From the human T2T-CHM13v2.0 reference genome, Homo sapiens: DNA of 64,000 bases. Shown here in pieces: positions 32,108 to 52,084 of this stretch (its first letter is position 1; every line of letters starts with the position of its first letter). Where the stretch lies: NCBI RefSeq assembly GCF_009914755.1, contig NC_060936.1; one strand, 5' to 3'. The position numbers and the translations under genes are program-made. The notes beneath the pieces are model-generated. The model was not told the origin of the DNA and made no database searches. It saw only the letters and a program-made list of their open reading frames with translations.

Positions 32108-33208
32108 TCAGGATGCCCATTTTAATTTTTCAGTGGCTTGATTTTCAGGTATTTTTGGTAAAGATACATACTTTCTTTCCCCTTTATTATCAAAGGAGTA
32201 TGTACTTGTAATAAACTCAAAATTACTGAGGCGTCTAAAGTAAAAGATGATGGTTGCCCTTGCAACACATACTTTTAAACTCAGAAATCTCTCTACTTCC
32301 AACTTTTATCCTTATGAGTATATTAAAATAAATATGAAAGTGTGTGAACAAAAGAAATTGGAATGCATTACTTTAGACTTAATTCAAAAGGCTAATTAAG
32401 TTTGAAATTATTCTAAATGACTCTAAGTGAGGATTCAACATTCATTCATTCAGTAAAAAAAGGTGTTTCCATCACATTTTTGGCCTCATAGAAAGTTATT
32501 CCTGAGGACACACTTCGCTGGCTGTCTTCTCACTTCCTTTTTCCTTTGACCTGAACTTATATAAAGTGCCATTTGCAAACCATTTCTTCTTTTTCAGCCC
32601 TCAAAAACTCCAGCTCCTACGAAGTTATTCTATCCAGCTTTATGGGAGCCTACCGTTTTATGTGCTGTCATCTATGATCTCTTAAATTACTTCATGTCCT
32701 TCGTTGAAGATTGCAGCACGTGGCTCACTGTCTCCTTCTTCACTCCGCTTTGGTCACCATTTTCAGCAACTGCGACATCCATGTGCTGTCCCATTCAACA
32801 TCACACGTTCACAGTTTCCAGATCTCCTTCTTTCTAATGATCTTTTTATCTTCCTCCATTTCATCCTCCTCCTTCCAGTCATGACTTCACCTTCCTGTTA
32901 CCAATAATTAGATTACCTTCTAAAACATTGATTGTTTCAAACCTTTCCTCTCCCGCCAGTGCATTTACCCTTGGAACTCCTACTTATTGACTCTACAACT
33001 TTTTCAATATCCATTACCTAATGAATGGCTTCATTTCTGCCCCCGCCCTCATCACCTTTTTTTTAACTTTACTCTGTATCTCTACCCAGTAAAATGTAAG
33101 CTCCACGAAGACAAAAGTCTACTTTTTCACTCTTAACTCTAGTGCCTGGACCGGAATCATGTCTGATACATAGAAGGAACTCAATAAACATTACATAAAT
33201 GCATGAGA

Positions 33209-33596
<388 letters not shown>

Positions 33597-34192
33597 CTAC
33601 CCTCAAGAAGTTTAATCTATTTATGCATATGTATTTGCACATGCATGCACATTTCAACTATTTTTCCTTGAATCAACTGCCTATTCTTAGTTCGTTTAAA
33701 AAATAATCTTACATTTTATTATTCCAATGTCCTTATACTAGATTTGGAAAGTCTCTTACTAGTAATAAAATCTTTCAGCTTTCCAAGCATATCTTTTAGG
33801 TATATAAGTAATTGTGCAAGGCATTGAAAAACCCTAAAAATAATTAGCTATTTTTTAAATCTACTTGGTACAAACAACTATCAACTCAAAAACACTAGAA
33901 ACTGATGATGTTGGCAATCAGTCTTCATGAACAGGACAGCATTCAGGTATGTTAGGAGTTTCATATTATTTTCATCTACTCTCATCTCTAGCCCCATTGA
34001 TAGCCCAAATGTCACCATTGTGCAAAACAGAAAATTCCCCTACTCAAGACACTTTTTTGCCATCTCCTAGAAAATTGTTGTAATAACTATATAAATCTGC
34101 AATGATTACCAGTATGAATGGCTCCCATTAATGTTATACACTTCCACAGTTTAAAAATATTGTTCAACCCACTATTTCCAAAATTTATTTGA

Positions 34193-34591
<399 letters not shown>

Positions 34592-35270
34592 TAATTTGAG
34601 AAGCATTGCTCTAGATTACCCATATAAAGTGGTTGGTTTTAGGCCTATGGCTTTTATTCCAATTGTATATATTTGTAATATTATTCTCTGTTCTTTAAGG
34701 GCTAGACCTGGAGTCGAATGGACTTAGATTTGAAATCTAGCTCTGAAACTAACTTTGAGTGAGTTATACAACCTCTCTAAGGATCAATTATCTCATTTGA
34801 AAACTGCAGATGGCAATAGTACTTTACTTAGATTACCGTAAGGACTGCAGGAGACCTTGCTATGGTCTCTGAGTGTGCTAACATCATTAAATGGTAATTA
34901 TTCTACTCATAATGTTCTTCAGGCTATCGGATTTATAGAACAGAATTACTTAAAAGAAGGTATGTTTGAATGAGGAAGCATAAGTTTGAAGGAGTAATTG
35001 TAAAAAATAAAAGCTAACTGAATTTTGTTGTAATTTCATTTTTATAAAAACAAAAGTTGTTTTGAATTTTAACCAGAATTTCTGAGCTCTTCAATAGACA
35101 ACATACACAAAACTCAGGTCATGTGTCAATATAGAAAGAAGACCCATGTTTAGCAAGTTTGGACTTCATGTTTTTGCCCAAAGTGAACACACATACTCCC
35201 ATATTCATGCCATATGGGTAATGTAATCTCCCAATCAGAAAGAAAAATAAGGACATTAGCTTTACTTTTT

Positions 35271-35405
35271 GAGATGGGAGAATCACTAGAACCTGGGAAG
35301 TCAAGGCTGCAGTGAAGGGAGATCACGCTACTGCACTCCAGCCTGGGGGGCAACGGCAGTGAGACCCTGTCTCAAAATAAGTAAATAAATAAATAAACAA
35401 TAAAA
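35271..35405 (+). mobile_element. Alu right-arm fragment
   Basis: GAGATGGGAGAATCACTAGAACCTGGG...GAGACCCTGTCTCAAAA. Confidence 0.8.
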
Positions 35406-36235
35406 TGTGTGTGTGTGTGTATATATATATAAAATCCTTCCTGTAGGAGATTTAAAAAAAAAGAATACTAGTGACTCTTTACAAAAAAAAAAGAAAGAAA
35501 AGCAAACAGCCTATTAAAGAGCCCCAGTGATTCTCAGTCACATGTCTGTATCAGTCAGGGTCCTGATAGGAAAGGGATAGCACACCCAGCTGGGATTTTT
35601 AAAAAAGATGTGTTTATTAAAAGGATTATTTACAGAGTTGCAGGTGGATTAAGGGATTAAGAGACCCAACAAGGGATGTTGAGGCATCCGGGGATTAGTA
35701 ACAGTGGGAAGCCATTACCTTACACATCCGAAGGGCAGGAGAGGAAATGGTATTATCCGAACCAGTGAGAGTCGTGACCTTGGAGGAGGCCTCCAACAAG
35801 AGCCATGGCTGTCAAAGGACCTAGCTACTGTCAGAACAGTCAGCTGGATGAAGCCTCAGTGGGAGAAAATGCTCCAACCAGAAGCCCGAGGACAATGAGA
35901 GTGGGGAGACTCCCACCCCAGGGTCACCCCCGCTAAGGTGCAGAGCAGGGTGGAGAACGGATCTGGGGGCAAACTGAGAAAAATAACCTAATATCTAGCA
36001 AGGCCAAATGTAAGGGTGATAATTTAGAGCCAAATAAGTCTCCATTACTTAATAGGAACAAAACTACATCTAATAAACAGCAGTACCTTGGGAAACAACT
36101 GACATAAATAGTACATTATTTTAGCTTTGAACTAAAACTAATGAAAGGCATTTTAATGTACATCACTGATTTATAGATTCTCATTCTCTCCTTTATTGTA
36201 AAAAAAATTAAGAATTTGCTTTTTGATGCTGCTTC

Positions 36236-37206
36236 TTTTTTTTTTTTTTTTTTAAGTTTTTTAATTTAAAAAACAAGAGAGATATGGTCTCACTATGTTG
36301 CCCAGGCTAGTCTTGAATTCCTGGCCTCAAGCGATCCTCCTGTGTCAGCCTCCCAAAGTGCTAGGATTACAGGTGTGAGCCACCACACCTAGTCTCTTTG
36401 ATGATTCTTTTTAAACTTTTTGTTTAGAAATAATTTTAGACTTATTGAAAAGTTGCAAATCTAAAATAGAGAGTTCCTGCATACTGTTTACCTGGCTTCC
36501 CCTAATGTTAATAACTTATATAAGCATAATACAATGATCAAAACCAGGAAGCTATCATTGTTACAACACTATTAACTAAACTTATTCATTTCACCAGTTT
36601 TCTCCGTAAAGTCCGTTTTTTTGTTTGTTTTCTGGCTCCAATATCCCACACTGAATTTAGTTGTGTCTCACTAGTCTTCTCCAGTCTGTGACAGTTCCTC
36701 ATTCTTTCCTTGTCTTCAGTGACCCTGACACCTCTGATGAATCAGTTATTTTGTAGAAAGCCTCTCAATTTGGATTTGTCTGATGTTTTCTCAAGATTAG
36801 ACAGAACTGCGTTTTTAGCAAGAATATGCTGGAGGAATGTATCTTTCTCTGTATAAAATTTTAGGGGACCCATGATGTTAATGTGTCTTAGAAACAGAGT
36901 CTTACTCCTGTTTCCCAGATTGGAGTGTAGTTGCACCATCATAGCTCATTGTAGCCTTGAACTCCTGGGCTCAAGCGTTCCTCCTAACTCAGCCTTCCAA
37001 CTAGCTAGGACTATAGGCGTGTACCACCATGCTCTGCTAATTTATTTATTTATTTGTTTGTTTGTTTGTTTGTTTATTTATTTTGGTAGAGGCAGGGGCT
37101 CTTGCTATGCTGCATGGGCTGGTCTTGAACTTCTGCACTCAAGCAATACTTCTGCCTTGGCCTCCCAAAGTGCTGGTATTATAGGCATGAGCTACTGTAC
37201 CTGGCC
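36236..37206 (-). mobile_element. FLAM (36236-36394), L1MC-type fragment (~36410-36870) and AluJ (36888-37206)
   Basis: Alu consensus; L1MC-like AAATAATTTTAGACTTATTGAAAAGTTGCAAA. Confidence 0.75.
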
Positions 37207-38121
37207 TGTTATTCCTATTTTAAAGATAGCAAAACTACATTCCCCCTCTCCTCCTTTTTTTTAATTTGAAGAACTATTGGATTTTCAGAATATTTACAAA
37301 TACAGTCATATGATTTTTGACAAAGGAATCAAAAATTTAAATTTGTTTGATACTAGAATATTAGATTGATTGTTTCTTTCGTAAGTCTTCAAGTGCTGGA
37401 AATATGCTGGAACAGTCTTTAAAAGCAAATGATAGCTCACTCTGAAGTACCAACTTAAGAGCATGGCATGTCTCCAAAACTCATTTAAGAAACCAAGTGG
37501 TTAATTAAACCTTCAATCAGATTATTTGAGTGTTTTTTAATAAGGGTGCTGTGGTGCAGGCAAAAATGGTGGTGGAATATACTTTGAAAATATTATGTCA
37601 TTATTTTGGGGACCAATCCAATGATCATTTACTACAGATAAATAATGATAACATGAATAACTATAATGATGACAACAATTTTAAGCTAGTTAGGATAAGA
37701 ATTTGTCAATTAAATTGTTGTTGAATACCTTCTGAATAGACGTTAAATTTGAGTGAGCATGGAAAATGGCACATTATCTGAATTACATTTTTATTGGCAT
37801 AGATAATAGTGTAACGTTGCCCAAAATGACTAAGGATCAGAAGGCTAAACAGACCCAAGCATTAGATATGTGAATACTTAATAATTGCCTCCAATAAAAA
37901 GAGAGTTTAAAATAAGTTGTCTTTGAATTTTGATTTTTTATAATAAAAACAAGAATTAAAAAAAACTAAAGCTAAAGATTTAATAAGTGATAATCCTTTT
38001 AAAAGAGATTTTAATTCTGTACCCTGTCCATATTTGATTCCAATTCCCCAGAGGCAAACATCTTCAGCTCTTTTTAGCTCTTATAATATTTACTTCTATA
38101 TATCCAAATGCCCTTACACTG

Positions 38122-40432
38122 TGATATGGTTTGGCTGTGTCCCCACCCAAATCTCATCTTGAATTGTAACTTCCACAATTCCCATGTGTCCTGGGAGGAA
38201 CCCAGTGGGAGGTAATTGAATCATGGGGGCGGGTCTTTCCTGTGCTGTTCTCATGATAGTGAATAAGTCTCAAGAGATCTGATGGTTTTAAAAACGAGTT
38301 TCCATGCACAAGCTTTCTCTCTTTGCCTGCTGCCATTCACGTAAGATATGACTTGCACCTCCTTGTCTTCTGCCATGATTGTGAGGCCTCCCCAGCCAGG
38401 TGGAACTGTAATTCCAATTAAACCTCTTCCTCTTGTAAATTGCACAATCTCAGGTATCTCTTTGTTAGCAGCATGAAAATGGACTAATCCAATAAATTGG
38501 TACCCGGAGAGTGGGGTGCTGCTGAAAAGATACCTGAAAATGTGGAAGTGACTTTGGAACTGGGCAACAGGCATAGGTTGGAATAGTTTGGAGGGCTCAG
38601 AAGAAGACAGGAAAATGTGGGAAAGTTTGGAACTTCCTGGAGTCTTGTTGAATGGCTTTGAACACAATGCTGATAGTGATATGAAAAATGAAATTCAGGC
38701 TGAGTTGGTTTCAGATGGAGATGAGGAACTTGATGGGAACTGGAGCAAAGGTGACTCTTGCTATGTTTTAGCAAAGAGACTGGTGGCATTTTGCCCCTGC
38801 CCTAGCGATTTGTGGAGCTTTGAACTTCAGAGAGATGATTTAGGGTATCTGGTGGAAGAAATTTATAAGCAGCAAAGCTTTCAAGAGGTGACTTGGGTGC
38901 AAAAAAAAAAATTCATCTTTAAAAGGGAAACAGAACATAAAAGTTCAGAAAATTTGCAGCCTGACAATGGGATAGAAAAGAAAAACCCATTTTCTGAGGA
39001 AAAATTCAAGCTGGCTGCAGAAATTTGCATAAATAACGAGGAGCCAAATGTTCATCCCCAAGAATATGGGGAAAATATGTCCAGGGCATGTCAGAGAACT
39101 TTGCAGTAGCCCCTCCCATTACAGACCCAGAGGCTGAGGAGGAAAAAGTGGTTTCATGGGCTGGGCCCAGGATCCTTCTGCTGTGTGCAGTCTAGGGAGT
39201 TGGTGCCCTGTTTCCCAGCTGCTCCAGTTGTGACTAAAAAAGCCCAATGTACAGCTTGGGCCATGGCTTCACAGGGTGCAAGCCCCAAGCCTTGGCAGCT
39301 TCCACATGGTGTTAAGGCTGTGGGTGCACAGAAGTCAAGAACTGAGGTTTGGGAACCTATGCCTGGATTTCAGAAGATGTATGGAAACACCTGGATGTCC
39401 AGGCAGAAGCTTGCTGTAGGGGCAGGGCCCTCATGGAGAACCTCTGCTAGGGCAGTGCAGAAGGGAAATGTGGGGTTGGAGCCCCCACACAGAGTCACTA
39501 CTGGGGCATTGCCTAGTGGAGCTGTGAGAAGATGGCCACCATCTTTCAGATCCCAGAATGGTAGATCCACTGACAATTTGCACCATGCTCCTGGAAAAGC
39601 TGCAGACACTCAACACCAGCCCATGAAAGCAGTTTGGAGGGAGGCTGTACCCTGCAAAGTCACAGGGGTGGAGCTGTCCAAGACCAGGGGAACCCACCTC
39701 TTGCATCAGCATGACCTGGATGTGAGACAAGGAGATCATTTTAGAGCTTTAAGATTTGACTGCCTTGCTGGATTTCAGACTTGTATGGGGCCTGTAGACC
39801 CTTTGTTTTGGCCAGTTCCTCCCATTCGGAATGGCTGTATTTACCCAATGTCCATACCCCCATTGTGTCTGGGAAGTAACTACTTGCTTTTGATTTTACA
39901 GGCTCATAGGCAAAAAGGACTTGCCTTGTCTCAGATGAGACTTTGGATTGTGGACTTTTGAGTTAATGCTGAAATGAGTTGAGACTTTGAGGGACTATTA
40001 GGACGGCATGATTGGTTTTGAAATGTAAAAAGCACGTGAGATTTGTGGGGGGCCTGGGGCAGAATGATATGTTTGGCTGTGTCCCCACCCAAATCTCATC
40101 TTGAATTGTAACTCCCATAATTTCCACGTGTTGTGGGAGGAACCTGGTGGGAGGTAATTGAGTTATAGAGGTGGGTCTTTCCCATGCTGTTCTCTTAATA
40201 GTGAATGGGTCTCACGAGATCTGATGGTTTTAAAAATGGGAGTTTTCCAACACAAGCTCTCTGTCTTTGCCTGCTGCCATCCTTGTAAGATGTGACTTGC
40301 TCCTCCTTGCCTGCCTCCATGATTGTGAGGCCTCCTCAGCCACGTGGAACTGTATAAGTCCAATAAACCTCTTTTATAAATTGCTCAGTTTCCAGTATGT
40401 CTTTATTAGCAGTGTGAAAATGGACTAATATA
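38122..40432 (+). mobile_element. Full THE1 (MaLR) element: 5' LTR 38122-38491, internal 38492-40064, 3' LTR 40065-40432
   Basis: two TGATATG..TTTGGCTGTGTCCCCACCCAAATCTC LTRs, THE1-int sequence, 5-bp TSD CACTG (38117-38121 / 40433-40437). Confidence 0.95.
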
Positions 40433-40787
40433 CACTGTTATTTCTTGATTTTTAAACAAAGGTGTTTAATATTAGCTATTGACTTTTTACTATGGGAGGT
40501 GAGGATTTAGCTTACCTATAGTTACATACCCTCCTTCCATTTCCCCTTTCCTAACACATTATTGTGATTTTACCATAATTCTTGGTAAGATAATATTCAG
40601 TGTTTATAATACTAGGAGTATGTGAAAGTTACTTGTAATTAAGCCATAGAAGGGGATTATGATTCCATTTCCTGCATTGAGCAACTTTTGGTTTTCCTTG
40701 GAATTCATAACTGTCTCTCTTTGCTTAGTTTTATATCATTAATCCTAAACCTCTCTGCTAGAAGTGTCACACCATAAAGTGATATAA

Positions 40788-41840
<1,053 letters not shown>

Positions 41841-42826
41841 GCTGCTTACTATGTTTGAGCCTTAAAGCTGCTGTTGAGAGACCAGTGACATTCTAATTTC
41901 TGATGCTGTATATTTGACTTGTATTGTTTTCTGTACTGAAAGCTTTAGGGTATTCTCTTTGTCCTAGTGATATGAAATTTCAGAAATTATGCATTTTCCC
42001 ATCTATTAAATGGGTATTTGACAGGTCCTCTTAATGTGGAAAGATATATTCTTTAGATGTAGGAAATTGTCTTCAATTTCTGAAAAATAATCTTTTAAAT
42101 TTAGTTTTCTCTTTCTGGGACTACTCTTAGTCATATGCCTGTCAGTACTTGTAGGTCATTTTCCTTGGGGTGATCAGTTTCCCAAAATAGGAATTCTCTG
42201 GGAGTGAAATGCCAGGCTGCTAGTGTTTTGAGGGCCCAATAAAAGAAAATGGCTGTGAAATTTCACCATTCAATATGTGAACACTCAACCATGCATCAAC
42301 TGAAAGTGGAAGGCTCAAATTCAGAGACTGTCTCTCTGGTTCAACTTCACCAGAGAATAAGTTTCTCATCATACAGCTTAGAGGGCAAAGTAATCATTTG
42401 GCTGTCTAGGGTACAGGAGGAGACATGGAGGTCACGTGGCTTCCTATAGACTTTCAACCAATTCTACTATTCTTGGTCACACCCTCACCTCCATGAAAGT
42501 TACCATGTACTTCCAAGTTCTGAACTTTTCCAGGGTCCTAGGGTTTGCTTTTTGTTGGCATTCCCTCACTGCCTGGTTTAGATTTCCTCTTCCTCAGGTT
42601 TCTTAAGTCAGTTACCATATATGCAATTGCTTTCTTTCATTAAAAAATTTCTATGCATCTGTCTCCACTACCATTTTTTCCTTGTAATATTTTACTTTTT
42701 GAACTCTTTACTCTTATTTGAGTATGATTAAGAGAGAAGAGAGAATAGAAGTTTAAAGAAGCTGTATTTACTATGTCTTTAATTATTACAAGGCTATATG
42801 TAATATATATATACACAATATTATAT

Positions 42827-42971
42827 TCAGTCTCCGTAGAGACTGTCAAAAATTGCTAATGCCAACTATATTACAAGTCTTCATGGCAGGATATTGGGAA
42901 ATGTTTTCAATTAGCAATAATTGTGCCTCGGATAAACCTCATTGGCTATGATACTGCCACTGTGCAAAGCT
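42827..42971 (-). pseudogene. U4 snRNA processed pseudogene, full length, RNU4-2-like
   Basis: minus strand AGCTTTGCACAGTGGCAGTATCATAGCCAATGAGGTTTATCCGAGG...AATTTTTGACAGTCTCTACGGAGACTGA; ~11 substitutions, mostly CpG decay; TSD TATATGTAATA (42795-42805 / 42972-42982). Confidence 0.96.
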
Positions 42972-43261
42972 TATATGTAATACTTTAAATGTGGATTATG
43001 AGAGACTATAAGAAGAAACATTTTCAGTTGCATGAAATAAATAATCTGAACAAGAATCTTTGCCTCCTGTTATCTGAGATTTTTCATGTAAATATGCATT
43101 TTATAGCTGGAAGACCACATAGCTTTACCACTTAGATTCATTGTTTAGCATATTTGGCAGTAAAAAACACAAAAGAAAAATGTTAAAAGTTACCATTCAT
43201 ACTCCCACCGTTTAAAAAGAATAATTTATTATACAAAGTAAAAAGTAAAAGTACAATTCCC

Positions 43262-47570
<4,309 letters not shown>

Positions 47571-47620
47571 CAGTTGACACTTGAACAACACGGATTTGAA
47601 CCACACGGGTCCGCTTATGT
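47571..47620. mobile_element. Tigger2-family terminus (a further Tigger2/MER8-like piece at ~48420-48590)
   Basis: TA|CAGTTGACACTTGAACAACACGGATTTGAA. Confidence 0.7.
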
Positions 47621-47635
47621 TTTAATTTCACTTAA

Positions 47636-48040
<405 letters not shown>

Positions 48041-48740
48041 ATTTTTTTTTTAATTTTTATTTTTATTGCAATAGTTTTTTGGGTACAAGTGGTTTTTGGT
48101 TACACAGATAAGTTCTTTAGTGGTGATTTCTGAGATTTTGGTGCACACACTTTTTAAAAAATTACATTTTATTTGGAGTTAAACGTCGATTCACATCCAG
48201 TTGTAAAAAATAATACATAGAGATCCCATGTACCCTTAACCAGGTTTCTCCACTAGTAGCATCTTACAAAATTATAGCACAAAATCACAACCAGGGTGTT
48301 GACACTGATATAGTCAAGAACATTTCCAAGACCACAAAAATTCCTCATACTGCCCCTTTACAGCCACATCCACTTCTCACCATCTCCTAACAATTACTAA
48401 TCTGTTCTGTTTCTATGTGGATGACCCATGAATAATGCAAGGGTTAGGAGACAGTTGAAAACCTGCATATAACTTCTGACTACCACGAAACTTAACACTA
48501 ATCACCTACTATTGACAGGAAGCCTTACCAATAACATGAACAGTCAATTAACACATAAATAGACTATATCCGCACATATTTTATGCATTAGATAATATGC
48601 AGTAATAATATGTCCAAGACAGCTTTGTAGGTCAGTGCACCTAGTACTTCTCTCTCTCTCTCTCTCTTTTTTTAATGACTACAGAGTGGTCTGTTGCAGA
48701 AATATAGAATTTGTTTTCCCTATTGATAGGCTTCCACGTT

Positions 48741-49177
48741 TGTTATGAGTTGAATTGTGTCCTTCACAAAAAGCTATGTTGAAGTCATAATCCCCTCTAC
48801 CAAGGAATGTGATCATGTTTGGAAATAGGAACTTTATAAAGTGATCAAGTTAAAATAAGATCGTTAGGGTGGGACCTAATCCAATATGACTAATGACCTG
48901 TAAAGACACAGAGACAGACATGCACACAGGGAAGACTATGAAGATTGGAGTGATGCATCTACAAGCCAAGGAACACAAAGATTGATTTCTGGCAACCACA
49001 GAAACTAGGAAGAGGCAAGGAAGGCTTCTCCTTCAGCTTTCAGAGGAAGCATGGCCCTGCAGACACCTTGATTTTGGACATCTAGCTTCCAGAACTCTGA
49101 GACCATACATTTCTGTGGCTTAAAGTCACCCAGTTTGTGGTACTTTGTTACAGAAGCAGCTCCAGGAAATGAATACA
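48741..49177 (+). mobile_element. MLT1C-like LTR
   Basis: TGTTATGAGTTGAATTGTGTCC start, TTTGTGGTACTTTGTTAC...GGAAATGAATACA end. Confidence 0.8.
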
Positions 49178-49980
49178 ATGATGTTCCGAATTTTTACTCT
49201 TATGAACTACTGCAATGAAAAATTCTTATATACATAGCTTTACATGCTCATATAATTTCTGTAGGATGTGTGCAATTTACGAATCATACTGTATGTATAT
49301 GATACATGTGAGTATGCATATGATACACGATATACTCCCAAATTACCCTTGAGCATTATTTTAATGTGTGAGACCTGGAGAAATTTTATCTGTTATGGGG
49401 ACTAGGGCTGGAGTTGCAGGTTCCATTGAAGGCCACTTCCCCGTATGGTAGTTACCGTACTGCCTAGCTAGACATTGTAATCTCAGTTATGTGTAAATAA
49501 GGTATTATTGCTTACCAGTTAACACTGACTTATTCTTAGAGAATAGTCACATTTTTGTACTACCCATCTTTGGATTCAATAGCAGAGACAAAAAACAGAG
49601 GATTTAACAAATACTTCAGAGCCAGCCTTAAGTCTAATTTCAGTCAAAGTTTGGGTTGGTCTTCTGTGCTCCTAGACTGACTTTTCTAGGCTCTTTCTCT
49701 AGGCCCTTCATAAATCTCCCTTCACTCCTTTTTCCTCCATCCTCATAAATTTGCTAAATTTATTTTCTGGAAAAAAAAAAAAAAAAAAAACAAAGAAAAA
49801 CAAAACAAAAAAAAACTATAGGAACAATCATTTATAGAACTTTACATATTTAGCCAAATATGCATTTTCTTTTACAAAATTTGCTTTATAAGCCTGAAAT
49901 TTTACACATTAATGAGCAGACTAGGGGAGTGTATAGAAAAATGAAGGACCAATCCTAATGCACTAAAAAATCAGACTGCA

Positions 49981-50629
<649 letters not shown>

Positions 50630-52084
50630 TTAGCATGGTATTTCCTACCTTCCTTCTATTTCTAAACCTTTAGGCTGTGCATATCCATGATGTATTTAGG
50701 GTGATAGTCCAATCTTCAGCTACCTGGGAACTCTTCCTTTTCCTTGCCCAGCAAAAATGTCAGGAAAGGGGAAGAAAGAAGGAGTTTCAGCAAGTAGACA
50801 AGTGACGGAGCAACTCGCCTATTTCTCGACTCGGTTAAGTCTTTATTCTCCTGATGACCCTTGAAATGCAGTAGGCAACACATGTATCCTGTGAATGGAA
50901 AAAATTCTTGAAGAATAAGCTATGAAACAATGTTGAAGTCCAAACTCATCTTCAAGGAAGGCCTCACATCGTCCCTTTCTTGTCCTCTCAGCTCAACTAT
51001 TCTCTTCTGGGTGTTTCTCACTTGCTTTTCTCTGCTTGTCCTGAGGTTTCTTCTTTTGCTGCTGACAACGTAAACTACTGATTTAGTAAGGGCTTGATTG
51101 AACTTTGGAATAAAGCTCAAGCACAACCTTTTCCTCCTCTCCATCATTTCTTCCTTTAAGTTGGAACCTATGATATTTTTAAACATTAGCCAAATATCTA
51201 TATTTTACAATGAACATTGTGTTTTGAAAACAAGAGTCTCATTTATTTTTATTAAAGAACTGAAGTACCTGAAGTTTCTAGGACTTTAGCCACTCATGGT
51301 TCTGTTAAATATTAAGAAGAAAAATACTAAGAAGAAAAATGATTCATGGACTGTTTTGAATAGGATAGCTGTGGTCGTTATTTTTTTCTTGCCTCCTGCA
51401 CACACCTCAGGAAGGAAAATACAAAAACGCCCTTTAGACTACTCTCTTGAGAAGTGCTCCTTAAGCTCAGAATAACCCCAAACAAGCAAAACCTTTATGT
51501 TGAGCAGAGAGTGGGTGTGGAGTAGAGAGAATGTTGCAAAAGACATGGAACATTGGGCTCTTCTTAGAAAGACATGCTGTTTTCACTGTCTCTAAATGCT
51601 GTTTACCAAGGAAAAGGATGGTAGAAAATGTACCCATTATACGAGTTGTTTGAATCTCTAAATTTGACTTCAGCTTTCTAAGCGGAACAACCTGTGTAAA
51701 TAAAACTAAAATTACTTCAGGTTTCTGTATGCAACATTCCCCTCCCCCCCCCTTTTTTTGGCCCACGGTTGGCACTCCAGTTTGGGTCAAGTTTGTTAGT
51801 AAAACACCAGGTGTCCAGACAGGAAAGACTTCCTGAATGGGCCCCTAATTTCATCAACTCTCAACCCCTAAGTGGAAATCACTTGTCATTTGGGGAAGTA
51901 AAATATTTTTGATATTTGGTCTTCGTTTTGAAAGACGATAGTCCCATGGAATATTAGACTGTATTCACCTTGATGGTCCCGTATTTCCAAATGTCTATTT
52001 TAAATATTCTAACATGCTGCCTTGTCATTATTTTAGATTCAACCTATCTAAAATCAAATTTATCATTCCTCTTTTCCTGGTCAC

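Noticed and set aside
51730-51760. GCAACATTCCCCTCCCCCCCCCTTTTTTT resembling the BC200 3' end
   Set aside because: Low-complexity match with no upstream Alu domain; coincidental.
50700-51800. Unique, mildly CpG-containing stretch as a second promoter
   Set aside because: No convincing core-promoter motif arrangement and no CpG-island density.
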